DNA of 63,691 nt, the filler included, from Choristocarpus tenellus KU-1152 (lineage: Eukaryota > Protista > Phaeophyceae), in NCBI GenBank assembly GCA_964200185.2. It is 9 parts of 9 records of this genome, joined end to end, with 100 filler letters (N's around TTAATTAATTAA, not from the genome) between each part and the next. Parts side by side here need not be neighbours in the genome. Positions count along the whole stretch, not along the records: positions 29,977 to 39,796 come from CAXNAD020003364.1; positions 39,897 to 44,099 come from CAXNAD020015721.1; positions 44,200 to 53,267 come from CAXNAD020004027.1; 6 more parts are not named here. The stretch is one strand, 5' to 3'. The position numbers and the translations under genes were made by a program. Positions 38,770 through 51,144 of this stretch are shown here, one piece after another (within the stretch, counting starts at the first letter, position 1; each line of letters begins with the position of its first letter). Under the pieces are notes generated by a model. That model saw only the letters and a list, made by a program, of their open reading frames with translations. It was not told the origin of the DNA and searched no databases.

Positions 38770-39775
38770 AAAGAGAAGAAATAAAATGAAAGGAAAGGAA
38801 CATGATCTGGAGGACAAAGAAAGCTACCACACTTTTTTTAACATGCAAGGCAAAGAAGCAAAAGAATATCAATATATGATGGAAGAGCAATCATTCTGAA
38901 GAGAATGCAACATTCATGACTGAACAACGCAGTAAAGGGTCTTAAGTATGTGTTGGGGGAAACTCCTCTTTGTATACGGGATAAGATCAGGCAACGATCT
39001 GAGACACTATGTGTGGGCGACATTCAATAAGTTAATGAACTGATGAATGGGTTTGGCAACAAAAAATGTAAGAAAACAACAGTTCTTGCGTTTCTGCTTC
39101 AAATACTCGAGTTTATATATATTGAGGATTGTTTTGTCATTGTTCTATCTGCTTTGTTCTGAATTGGACGGGTTTGACCTACAAGAATATACCAACCTTA
39201 AAGTTATATATTTATGTACTCAGAGTACATATTAATTGGTCTGCGAGAACTACTTGATCCATCACTACTATATATCAAAGCTGCTACAAGGTTCAAAGGT
39301 ATGTATGTACTTAGAGTATGTATTCAATATATATTTGTCTGCGAAAACTACCTGACTTATCACTACGATATATCACAACTGTTGTAAGGTTCTTTACACA
39401 CATTGCACCAACAACTCGACAAGAAAACATCTTTTTGCTGGAAAGTATGCTGGGAATACCCTTTGCTCTCTGCTTGCTTCATTAAAAGGTCGCATCCTTC
39501 ACTAGTACACGACACAGGCGTCGAAAAGTCACCATATACAGGCATAAAGCACGAATTTTAGCCATTTAACATATGACTGAAATTTGCAATCTGATTTTAC
39601 ACGAGGATGGAGTGGTTAATATGCTTAGGGATTTCATCAAAAAAGGAAAAGGACATCACAAGTGAGTACTGAACAGACATACATAAACGTGTACAAACAG
39701 ACGATTCAGAGCACACGATCATTCGTAACGGTAACGGGTAACAAACGTGCGGAGAACTTCGAGGCGAACTTGTTA

Positions 39776-39796
39776 GGGTCAAAGTATCTGGGGGGG
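39776..39796. mobile_element. MITE A2 left end (contig-truncated)
   Basis: GGGTCAAAGTATCTGGGGGGG. Confidence 0.7.
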
Positions 39797-39896
39797 NNNN
39801 NNNNNNNNNNNNNNNNNNNNNNNNNNNNNNNNNNNNNNNNTTAATTAATTAANNNNNNNNNNNNNNNNNNNNNNNNNNNNNNNNNNNNNNNNNNNN
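39797..39896. other. Artificial contig spacer
   Basis: 44N-TTAATTAATTAA-44N. Confidence 0.98.
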
Positions 39897-40048
39897 GGGT
39901 CTACACCAGGGTGTTTATTTGGGTACATAACCAGGAAAAGTGCACTTGCATCATCCATCCGACTTATGTAACCAAATCACCCAAAAATCTCGACATCAAA
40001 AAAAAATCCCAAATGGACAGCCGCCACCCCCCTCAGATACTTTGAGCC
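39897..40048. mobile_element. MITE family A copy (inverted, contig-truncated)
   Basis: ...CCAGGAAAAGTGCAC...CCCAAATGGACAGCCGCCACCCCCCTCAGATACTTTGAGCC. Confidence 0.88.
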
Positions 40049-41367
40049 AGACTTGGGCTTGTGGATGTGATGTGCTTGACCCCATGAGAACAGGTCAGGT
40101 GGAATTTCCGGTCATACAATCTCTAAGCCTAACTTCAGGGTGTTATTTAATGAAGGAGAGGAAACCAGAGTAATTATGGAATAGGACTAGTAGTGAAGGA
40201 GTCAATCCTTGAACAGGTTGCCCATAGAGTAGAGTACCTTGGAGAGCGGATGTTGAAGGTCAGGTGACTTGCAGCAGGGAATTCATTCAACTAGGGTTAC
40301 CTTTGTTGTGGAATATGCCTTAACAGAAGAAATCCCTAGAGACAACAAAGAAGTTCCACACTACGGTGTAGCAGACTCTGCCAAGGACAAGCTTTTACTA
40401 TGATAGACATGATCACTTGCACTAGAAGGAGAGGCAAGGGAGGAGGGAATCATGACAGCAGATATTTGGGGCATATGGCCGTGATATCTATGACATCAAT
40501 GGTGAGCACATGGTGATGTTTCCTCTGCCTATGGGACCAGAGAGTCCCCAGGCAAAAGTAAAGGTAACACTAACAATTAATGTTGGAAATATTGAGGGAG
40601 AGTTGGTTATGCATTGAATCATATAATTATTGAATATAAATGTCGATATATTTACGTTTTTGAAAAAAACAGACAGGAGAATATGCTTGCTTGCCATTGT
40701 TTTTCTTAAGTCCAGATCTTGGGATCCCGTTTATCTTCCAGGAGTGGTCCAAGAAATGGGGTATGCAAGAACTAGGTGTCTGAGTTAGGCTGTGATTTAT
40801 GTTCTTTAGTGCCTTTTCCTTGTCAAAAGATCTTGTCATTGTTTGGCAACTCTGCCTTTGTTTTATTGCATTTGTGCACAATAAAAACGCATACTGCCTG
40901 CCATTTACCAGCCCCCAAAATGCCTGGCCAGATGCGAAAATAGTCCCAAGAATTGCTTCAAAATCTATGCCAGATTTCCTCCTTAGCGCATGTCCCTTCA
41001 ATAGGGACTCAAAACACATCCTGACTCCTGACGAAGGCAAGGTGCACAGTGCATTGGTATGCACTGCCTTCTAGTGCTTAATCCGAATACCACAACAGTT
41101 CCCCTCGAGCAGAGTATGTTGCAAAGTAAAAACCATTTTACCACACACACACAGAGCACTTCCCACATGGCATGCTTCCTCTTTCCACCTACATTATGCA
41201 ATGTCCTGACCACAGGCAAACTCTGGTAGTAGGGAAGGCAACTGAGGGATGAGTGCAGTTACCTTCATGTCCAGACAACCAGATCATTCTGCATCTCCAA
41301 TACTGCTGGAAACTTGAACTCCAGCAACATCACTAGGTTGACAAATTTGGCTATGTGACCAGAATCA

Positions 41368-41547
41368 GGCTCAAAGTATCTGAGGGGGGGTAGCGGCTGT
41401 CCATTTGGGGTCAAAAAAAAAATCGTCGCGATTTTTTGGTGATTTGGTTGCGTACGTCTGATGGATGATGTAAATGCACTTTTCCTGATTTTGGTCCAAA
41501 CGGACACCCTGGTTTAGCCACCCCCACCCCCACAGATACTTTGGGTC
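41368..41547. mobile_element. MITE family A full copy, apparent 3-bp TSD TCA
   Basis: TCA|GGCTCAAAGTATCTG ... CAGATACTTTGGGTC|TCA. Confidence 0.9.
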
Positions 41548-44099
41548 TCATGTTCCTGTCAGGGTTGTGATGACTCATCCTCCCCTACGCCTTGCTTTGG
41601 ATCTTAAATCTCAATACTGTCTCTGCGCCCTTTCCTCTTGTTTCTATGCATTTATATCCTCCTTTTTCCTTCCCAAATCTATTCATGTCTCCTTCTCTGC
41701 CCGTTTGTGACTCACCAAACCAAGAGCATCTGTACAACCTGACATGTGAGAAATCTCAAGTTCAAAGCGACATGTACGACCAAGTGATGTGTACCTGCTT
41801 TAGATCCGATTGTGACTAATCCTGCCAGACAACGGTGACAGAGGGTTGACAATTAACGCTTAGTATTGCTCAAACCGTCATTCATTCATCCATTTGAAGT
41901 TTCTACACTTTTTTCCTAGTGTCAGTTGCATGACAAAACTATCTTTCACGTCACCCCCCATACAACATCTCACCTTCCTCGGCATGGGTAAGGTCATCTT
42001 GGACCACTTTCGTTCCAATACAACAAAGTTTAGTGTCAGTGAAGACGGATATCTCTCTCACCACCTCACCCACAGGCTTGAGTTGTCAGGAGTGACCTCC
42101 CAGGCCCAACATGTCTAACCCCTCACCACTTTCATCCTCGTGAGGATAGTCAGTATCTGTGTAGTCCTTACACCACACTCCTGGCAAAATATACATGCTT
42201 CCCTGGCATTTTCCATGAACAGGACAAAGCTTACAACACTTGCCCGATCTCAGTTGGGGGTCGAATCTGCACCCTTAAAGTGCTCAAATATCATCTTTGG
42301 TTAGAAATTCTGCCAGAACTAGTCAACATCATCTCTCAAAATAGCCTGGATCTTACTATTAACAGTACCTAATCCATTAGCGGATTGTTGGAGCATACTG
42401 CCAGCATGCCAACTTGTGATACAAGAAATGATGGAGAAGAACCTCCACCAGCACTCAGCATCTAAAGTGCACCCTGTGCCTTGAGAGGGGTTGTACTCTA
42501 ATCAAGTGATTTGGAGTGATTCTAATCAGTTGGTTGTTCGTTCCACTGCTGAAAAAAAAAAGTACCACTTTGCAACAATCATAAAAAAACGCATGTGAAA
42601 CACAGGTGGGGCTTTCTTTTCTTGACTGAAGTGCTTCTTACATTTTACGTAGACTGTATTTGGGATCTCTGTATTGGTTTAAGGGTTGTTTAAGCCTTTC
42701 GTGAACACCAACGATTTGAGGGGGTTTGCATATCTGCAGAGCAGGGTTTGGGTAGAGTGTTACGGCACAGTTGATGGACTTGTAGAGGGGGTTTCAAGCA
42801 CATGTTCCACATGGGTGATGCAGACACTTGAGAGGGTGTGGCAGATTCTGCTTAAGAGGTACAATAAGGTGTTAAGGGTGCTGGGGGGGGAACGATTTTG
42901 AGATAGAGCACACCGAGACCAAAAAAAGGCAGCAGGAAAGCAGGCTGGCTAGATCAATCAAAGTAGACTGAGCGGCCTCCACAACGACCCTGTATTGGTG
43001 GGTTGATGGTGTCGAATAAACGCTAGACATAGTTTTTTGATGTAAAATACTCCAAGGAATCCAAGGCAAAGGCCCGTTTTGTAATAGGGGGGTAATCCCA
43101 AAGAGCTACAACTCAATGTCCCAGACTATGGGACAGGGAGTGCAATTTCAAGAAAGTGACAACACAGATCAGAAGTGATACAAGGAGAGGGTTATTGCAC
43201 TATATTATCACACAAACTAGTACCAGCAATTATACAGAGGAGCACATCCTCTTTCCAACATCTACAAATGACACACATGGAGAATATGATGCCTTCTTGG
43301 ACAGGGCTTCACACCAGGAAGAGAAAAAAAAGTCCAGAAAAGATTGATTTGTTCCACCTCACAGAACTATGTTACATACAAATTTCAATCTTTAAAAATT
43401 CCTCGGTTAATGCGTGCAGGAGGGGGAGAAATTTCTTCTGCTCCAATCTTGAACAGTTCGCGCTAGGCTTTTTTCTGTTCTTGCTGCTGTACTCTGTTCC
43501 CACATACTCTCTAAAAAACAAGAAAATAATCCCAAATTAATACAAGAACATAAAACAAAAAGATGTGTATCACTGTGCCTACTGCAAATTCTAAAAATAA
43601 ACGGCGATACAGATGGATTTTGACAGCACGACATAAACATCACTCTTCAAATCTTGATTTGAAGAGCCTATATGGGTTGTCAGGCACCTCAATATCATAG
43701 TATCGGCATCTTCTCTTAAACTCCATCAGTGCCCTCTCATACAGCTGTTGATCTTTTTTGTTGTGTCCCTCAATTGTTCTGTCACGATAGGACGAGGGAG
43801 TGTAAAAGCAAACCATCCGTTAAAACATCTCTCATAATAATGTTTCTAGGTATCAACAAGCCACAGTATGTGTTGGTTGTCTTCAGGGATATACACACCA
43901 TCTGCACCAAAAGACAGCAAGGAATAGTACTCAATGTTAGAATCTCATCATTGTAAGACTGTCACAAGGATATTTCTTTGTTCTCAGTACTTTTTAGCAT
44001 TTGAAGTGTTATATTGCTACAGCAAGAAATACTGGCTCACCTGATGTCTGTATCATTGAGGCCAAGGAAGAAGAAAAATTCAAGTTTCTCCCCCCCCCC

Positions 44100-44199
44100 N
44101 NNNNNNNNNNNNNNNNNNNNNNNNNNNNNNNNNNNNNNNNNNNTTAATTAATTAANNNNNNNNNNNNNNNNNNNNNNNNNNNNNNNNNNNNNNNNNNNN
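44100..44199. other. Artificial contig spacer
   Basis: 44N-TTAATTAATTAA-44N. Confidence 0.98.
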
Positions 44200-44274
44200 G
44201 GAGATGAATTGGGGGAGATGAATTGGGGGAGATGAATTGGGGGAGATGAATTGGGGGAGATGAATTGGGGGAGA
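44200..44274. repeat. 14-bp tandem repeat (GGGGGAGATGAATT)x~5 in kinesin intron 2
   Basis: Directly visible at the contig start. Confidence 0.95.
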
Positions 44275-44389
44275 AGAAAGAGAATTCTAATAGAGTAATG
44301 GATCAAAAAAGAGAGAAGGGAGGATACGATAAGGGTGAGAGAGAATGCCTTGAATTTTCTGGTAATGCTACCGCTTCCTTCTATCTTAC

Positions 44390-45315
44390 CTGGGAATCAA
44401 ACCTCGTCGCTCATCGTCATACTTCTCAGTAGTACCCGATTCTGACCCCATGGTGTAGGTCTTACCCGATCCAGTCTGTCCGTAGGCCAAGATTGTGACA
44501 TTGTAACCCTGTCGATGACCGTGTGTCGAGTCGTGTGAGGGGGGAGAGTTGGTTGAGACTCTGAAATGAAGACAGAAGATGGGTCATGCATCGGATCTGA
44601 AAATGCTAGTATCACCACCATTGACGGGCGGTGTGTACACGGTTGGAAACGAAAATAATTACAGGGCATCGGATCTGAAAATGCTAGTATCACCACCATT
44701 GACGGGTGGTGTGTACACGGTTGGAAACGAAAATAATTACAGGGCATCGGATCTGAAAATGCTAGTATCACCACCATTGACGGGTGGTGTATACACGGTT
44801 GGAAACGCAAATAATTACGGGCATCGAATCTGAAAATGGTGGTGAAGACATGCACCCATACATTTAATCCAGAATCGAACCTCCTGGCCAACTGGGGACG
44901 GGGGATAGAGCTGTACCCCCAAACCTCTGCACGCAACCACTCCTGCCATTGACAATAGTATCCTCTCACACACAGACCTCAAGTCAGTATCTAAGCCAAC
45001 TTTACATCCATTCGTATCTAAACATTTGTGCTTAGTCCATCTCATGGCATACCACCTCCTGAACTGTACATTCATTGCACTCACGTCGAGGAAAGGCTGC
45101 AGCATCCCAGCAGCCGTGTTAGTGTATAAATCTCTCTGGCTAACGTGAGACGGGAAGACATGGTCGTACGTGAAGCAGTGTGTAGAGTTGCCATCAACCA
45201 GGATTTGCCTTTCCGAAGGGTAAGTTATAACTGTCGGGACGCCCATCGAAGCCTCTCTAGGCAGAAGGGGTCGAACCCGCACCCCCACCCGCACCTTGGC
45301 CGCCCCATCTGACAT
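44390..45315 (-). CDS. Kinesin motor protein (kinesin-4/KIF4-KIF21-like), exons 1-2 only
   Basis: Exon 45315-45085 gives [21 protein letters not shown]...FTYDHVF...SQRDLY...MLQPFLD. Exon 44508-44390 gives [22 protein letters not shown]...GLIPR (P-loop). The intron is GT-AG, phase 0. The subfamily call is tentative. Confidence 0.93.
44588..44836. repeat. Minisatellite, 78-bp unit x~3.2, in kinesin intron 1
   Basis: GCATCGGATCTGAAAATGCTAGTATCACCACCATTGACGGG(C/T)GGTGTGTACACGGTTGGAAACGAAAATAATTACAGG at 44588, 44666 and 44744, with a partial unit at 44821. Confidence 0.95.
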
Positions 45316-45835
45316 GATGTCGGTCGAAAAAAGTATCCTGTCGGCGGAACCGAACCGCGAAATAGATTAGACAAGAGGAGAAAGGGAATTTCCTATAACA
45401 GCTCATATGTGGAGTGGGGGTTAAGTCATTGCAGAGAGGCACCGCATTGGAAATAAAGGGGATGATGGACGAAATGATCTTACCCGCGTTCTTGTCCGCA
45501 ATGCTTGAATGAAGCTCTCCTACAATGGCGACCAGACACCCCGCGGAAAGTTCATGCAAGCGATACAAATCCCTTCCCTTGGAAAGGTTCACAATGGATA
45601 AATCTTAGACAACGCGGTTTGTACTTGTTCTCAGTCCTACACCTGTTGTGACACACGATATCACCGTGGATCATTACTGGTGACATCAAGTCAAACATGA
45701 CAGTTGCTTATTTTGGATCGAATGGATCGAGAATATCAAACACCCTAACCCTATGATATCCCTAACCCTACCTGAGACGAGGAATAAGAGTTGTCTTGTA
45801 GAGTTATTGAACCATGCGAGTCACGTGTTACTTAG

Positions 45836-48800
45836 GGTGTCCTACACTCGCCCTTGTGCTGGTATCGGAGGTCCCGACACCATCAAGTGGGTTCAAACCA
45901 TGGGTTCCACCTATCCATCGCCAGTCCTTCCAGGAGCCTTTTGCAGAACGTAGGGGACGGGGCTGGGTTGATGTTTCTCCCTTTTTTGAGGGACCTTGCA
46001 AGCCATGGTTGTTCCTTGTACCTAGACGAGTTGGGTTGCTTGGATGCCAAGCAGATCCCAATCAAATACATGTTGAGAATTCAGCACATGAGGCAAAGGA
46101 GTTCGGGGTTGACCTGGATAAGACGGCGCAGAGACTCGACAAGGAGGTGAAGCTTTGGTCATGAGTAGATTACAGTAGGTGTTTTTTACTAGCACATCAA
46201 AACGATGCGGAGCCCACTATGCACCTAGCGGAAACGAGACGAGAATAGACGAGACGTGGGTGTTGTGGCTACAGTACGCAAATAATACCTCAAAAACTGA
46301 CTTGCTGCTGCTAGTACCGCTTGTAATTATAACTCGTCCTGCCATAGACGTAACATCTGCCTTGTCCTCTCCCTTCCGGTCATGATATTATCCGCTAACT
46401 TTAACCCTTGAATCTATGTTCCCTCCTCCCCTATCGTCCTTCTTGTTACTTGGACCTTGTCCCCCCAATGATCAAGGTTCGCCTGATTTGGCATAACTAT
46501 TACTCGAACTCGGACGTGCGCCAAACCAGAGGAGCCCTCGGTTCGCTGCTGACCACTATTATGACCGCCCTAGAAGCAGGGGCATCAGCGGATGACATCG
46601 CTTCTAACATGCAAGCACGGCTACTGGAGCGGGCGGAACGCCTAGACTACCATCTCGACGGGGACGATCCTATGACGTTGTACCGACTGTGGTTCAGGTT
46701 GATCTTAAACGTTGCTAAGACCATGCTTTCGTACGTCACCCTCTTCGGGAAAACCATTCCGCTACAGAGTATCCCGGTCGTTTCGTAGCTCCCCAGTCTG
46801 CGGATTTTGCGTATGCCGTAGTTTCCTGTCCATTGAGGCATCACTTTGCTGATTTGAGGGAAGGAAAGGCTTTGTGGTTGGTAATTCCACGACAGCTGTC
46901 TTGCTCGATCTCAGTTATTGTAGTGTTGGGCTCTCATTGTTGTGCTGGCGCACTAACTACATGCCAGCCTACCTCTTGTCATGATGCAATGTAATTCATC
47001 TAGTTCTTCTGAAGTAACTTGGTGCTTTTTGGATGTTAGCTGCATTATAAGCTCGTTCGCCACTGCTCTGCCTTGTGTCCAGATGTTTCACAACTTTTTT
47101 TCTTGTCCTTTTCATCCTTTGAATGGATGCTCTGTTTTTCTTGTTGGCAGGGGGCGGGCTGTTGATGTATACGAACGGGATCTGCTACACTCTCCACGAT
47201 GGGTATACTTGATACAGGAGACTGCTATCCAGGTGGGGGGGGGTGATAGAAAGCAACCAAGGGGGAAGGAGGGGACAGCAGGTGGGATGTTTATGGCAAC
47301 CATATTTTGCTCATATATTGCCACTGCAGTTTTTGCCTTGCATTGGATCTGAGCTCTGCGTGAATCCTGATTTCTTCATGTACAACTGAGTGCACACTCT
47401 CTTTCTCTTTTCAGTTGACTCAAGGAAGTATGACAGTTTATGGAAGAGGAGGAGATGTGGTGGGTGGAGGGGTGAGGGAAGAGGATCACGGCGACATGGG
47501 CACGGTGTGCTTCCCAGACGGAGAGATGGTGGAGGGAAAGGTGATACTTTTTTTTGTCCTTGTTTGGACTCGGAGTTGTAATTTTTATGTGTGGAGTAAC
47601 TTCCTCCATAGGGTCTTGGATGTGTTTGCCCTATGTTGACATCTGGTATGTGTTCCTCGTTTCGTTTCACTTGTATGTTTGGGGGTATTAGGGAGTTGCC
47701 TATGTGGTAGGCTAGATGCCTGTACTCCATGGATCCTTGTTGATACTTTAGATGCTTGGGAATGATAGGAGGTAAAGCTGTGGTATTGGTAACTGCTGTG
47801 GCACTGATGCAGCAGTTGAAGATGTGACAACTCTGTCACTTTCATTTTTTCGAAGGATGTTTGTTTCTCTTTTACGTAAGCAATTCCAACCAATATTCTG
47901 TTTTTTATTGTACTAGGTTTCAAGTATCACAATTACAATACCCGTACCATATATGTTGGGGAGTTTCAGTACATTACTAAGGCTTTCTTCAGTTCAGTGT
48001 GCAGTTACTCCTCAATGCGTGATGCACTGCCAACAGTACAATCGTACAATACTGACAGTACCAAATGACTACAACATGTAGCAAGTATGAACTGTCATCC
48101 CCTCCCACTCCCCTCCCACTCCCCTCTTCTACCCCGCTGTAGGTGTCACACCTCATGAACCGAGCTGGAGTCTCACCCGCCTCTGCTGAACTTGCTGCAC
48201 TGGAAGCACAGCTAGCAGCCCTCAAGAAACGCCCCACGTCCAATAAACGGGTGGATCTTGGTCAGGCTGAGCTCTGGGCTGGTGCTGGGGCTGATGGTGG
48301 AGGTGACGACGCTGTTGAGAGCGTGGTGGGGCTGGTGTCTCTGGTGGTGGATTGTTTGGAGGACGGAATGAACGATGAGGCGGTGGTATTCCAACGGCAT
48401 TTGCTTGGCAAGGAGTGTGGCCACCCATTGCTCCAGAATGCAGCACCAAGCACGACTGAGGTAGTTCTTCCTTTCACCATTGATGAAGAGGTGAGGTGGG
48501 AGGTCGAGGGTCTGGATCTGGGTCGGTTGCCTTCTCTTTTGTTCTGATAGTGACTTGTGAGGACACTGTGCTACTGCAGTAGTAATATGTATGAAATATA
48601 TGTATATGTGTGTATGTATATACATTAGATTGCAGTGTTGTGAGACACGGCAATTCAATCGCCTTTAGGTGGGTAAATTGGAACATACTGAATTGACTGA
48701 TTTGAAAAAAACGGAGTTGTTTGGGGAGGGGGGAGGGTGGGGGGTTGAATTCAAAATACAGGCAGAAGTATGTAGGACTGGACACCCCAGGGGTCATAAA

Positions 48801-50890
48801 ACCACACCACCTAGTACAGTGGTCACAGTGAGTTGCTGACTACCCATAACTCACTAGACACTATTCATGGCTTCGGGTCTGACTGTGACATGTGGAGGAA
48901 TTGGTTAGGGTTAGGGTTAGAGGATCAACCTTCCTTAAAAGCAAGACTCGAATGAGCAGTGGTTAACACGTCAAGTACTACAGTAGAACATGCCTCCGGA
49001 GGTGGAAATATAGTCAAGGAAAGAGTGTTAACACAAAATTTCAAGGACCTCCATTGAACCCAGAGAGTCTTTTTGCTCAGGGTGCCACATGTCTGCCAAC
49101 TGCCGTGCGTTCCACATGCATCACCTCATTACCTGACAATTGATTCAATCAAGTTATTCAAATTTTGTAACTGATTTCATTTTTTTTTAAGTGTTTTAAA
49201 CAGGGTAAACTCACTTTTCGTTTTTGTATTTTTTTTGTTGTACTGCACTTGGTACTAGTGCGTACTGTTGAGGGGTTTTAACCTCTTTTTTTTTTTGTCC
49301 AAAGTACAGCCATGTTAATTGGTTGGGTACAGAAAAGAGCAAGGAACTAGTTTGTTATTCAATGGTGAAAAAAACGCATTTCTTGTGGACAAATGTGCTC
49401 TTAAAATACGGTCCTCGCATCTTCTCCTGTACCTTTTTTTTGTCTCTCTGCAGGGAAGGGGAAGTGGGGCTTGGCACTAAACTATGCTGATTTTTTCCTC
49501 TTACCTTGTTGCATATCATGAGACACATTCAAACTTTGAACTCCCAAAGCATATAAGAGGGTAGGGCCGCATCCGTTCGGGGTTATCAATCCAAAGTTGT
49601 GGTTTTAATTCATTTTGGCTATCGTGTTTGTTAGGAAATGTTAATATCCCTGCTTTGGACACACCTTTCACAGTCGTATACATTTTTAGGGTTGGGGTTC
49701 ACTCAGAAAACTGAAAAGGGGAATAAGAGACTCGTGGGAAGCCAAGCCCCAAACAGAGCAAACAGAGCAAAATTCCTACCCTCTCAAATGCTTTGGGACT
49801 GAACTGGTTGTCTACTACAACCCCATCTGACCTTTTCAAGTGCTCAGCAGATATTGTATCGTTGTCTTAGCCGTGTAGGAGGCGTTTTCTTTCCCTGGTT
49901 AAAAACACATGTAGGCACACTACCCCCATTAGAAGGCGATTCCCGAGTTGGATATCATATTTGTGATATTCTCGTGGCGCTTTCTTGGAGTAGTATGAGT
50001 GTTGTTTGGCTTGGTTTTGGTTGTCTTTACTCAGTAGAGGGGACTGAGGAGACTGTCGCTGTCTGTCCCACAAGTGGATGAGGTGTGGTTGTACCATGAG
50101 GATGCATGTTCCACCACCAGCTAACCCTCAATTGATGGTAGCCTGTTATCCTTTTGGCAATCTGTGGATTATTCCATCCATGAACCACCTAACTCACCCA
50201 CACTATCACTAGTCTGTGCCCCCACTGATATGTACTACAAGAAGTGACTATTCCAAGCAGGTCTCGCCCATGTTCTTTTTTTGAGAATGGTAGTAGTAGT
50301 AGTAGTAGTAGTAACAATTGTGCTCTAGAGAGACCTTCAATCGTGTGTTTTAATTAACTAGCTCTGTCAAAACACGAACAAATTCAACTTTTTATATAGA
50401 AAGCTGCTCTGATCAATATTTGAATGAAACTCACTCTTCTTTCTGAAGACTCGACAAAACAACTACCAGGTAGAGGGACAAGGGGTGAGAGGACATTTGC
50501 AGGTTAAGTGTATGCATCTCTATGAATATGAATCTAACGTATACCCAGTTTCCATCGCCGGAAACATTTTGTATTTTGTTTGTACACCACTTTTCACTAA
50601 CCTTTTTTTTCTTATTTTTTTAACTATTGTTCATGCAGGATGAAGAGGAATTGCTTCAATCGGAGGTAGAGTTGGGAGAGGAGGAACTGGCGTTGGGGGA
50701 GCGAGAAGCGAAGGAGATGCTGTATGATAGAAGAAGAGCTCAGCTGGATGTGTATCTACTGTGTGCAGCCTATCGGGCGTACAAGGAGGCGGGTTTAGGA
50801 GCTAGGGTTAGGGGGTCAGGAGAAGAAGCGCTTTCAGAGAGTGAGGAAGATATGCCGGTGGCAAGAAGGCGTGTTCTGCATCGACATTGA
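45836..50890 (+). CDS. Hypothetical multi-exon protein (>=7 exons, ~410 aa), start not resolved
   Basis: Exons 45836(or 45802)-45949, 46026-46146, 46477-46697, 47151-47232, 47415-47540, 48143-48460(or 48490) and 50639-50890 chain with AG/GT sites and matching phases (2,0,2,0,0,0) into one open frame ending LHRH*. No family was recognised. Confidence 0.65.
49541..49798. mobile_element. Diverged MITE family B copy (intronic)
   Basis: TCCCAAAGCATATAAGAGGGTAG ... CTACCCTCTCAAATGCTTTGGGA; internal GGACACACCTTT and GGGAAGCCAAGCCCCAAAC are shared with family B. Confidence 0.75.
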
Positions 50891-51080
50891 GGTGGTAGTG
50901 CAACATCTTGTCGGGTGTTGTTTGGAATGGCATGTGGATTTTCTACCTGATTGGGAAGGGTTAGCACGTGACAGTAGGTGGGAGAGGTGGAATAAATGGC
51001 AAGGTGGTTGAACTTTGTTGATGACTTCTCATCACCAAATAGTTTCATGTGGTGACTGTAATGCACTTGGGAAATGTGTG

Positions 51081-51082
<2 letters not shown>

Positions 51083-51142
<60 letters not shown>
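51083..51142. repeat. (GT)n microsatellite
   Basis: About 30 GT units. Confidence 0.97.

Positions 51143-51144
<2 letters not shown>

Noticed and set aside
44588-44836. 78-bp repeats as a CRISPR array or a 26-aa repeat protein
   Set aside because: The units are contiguous with no unique spacers and lie inside kinesin intron 1. The repeat ORFs arise because 78 is divisible by 3.
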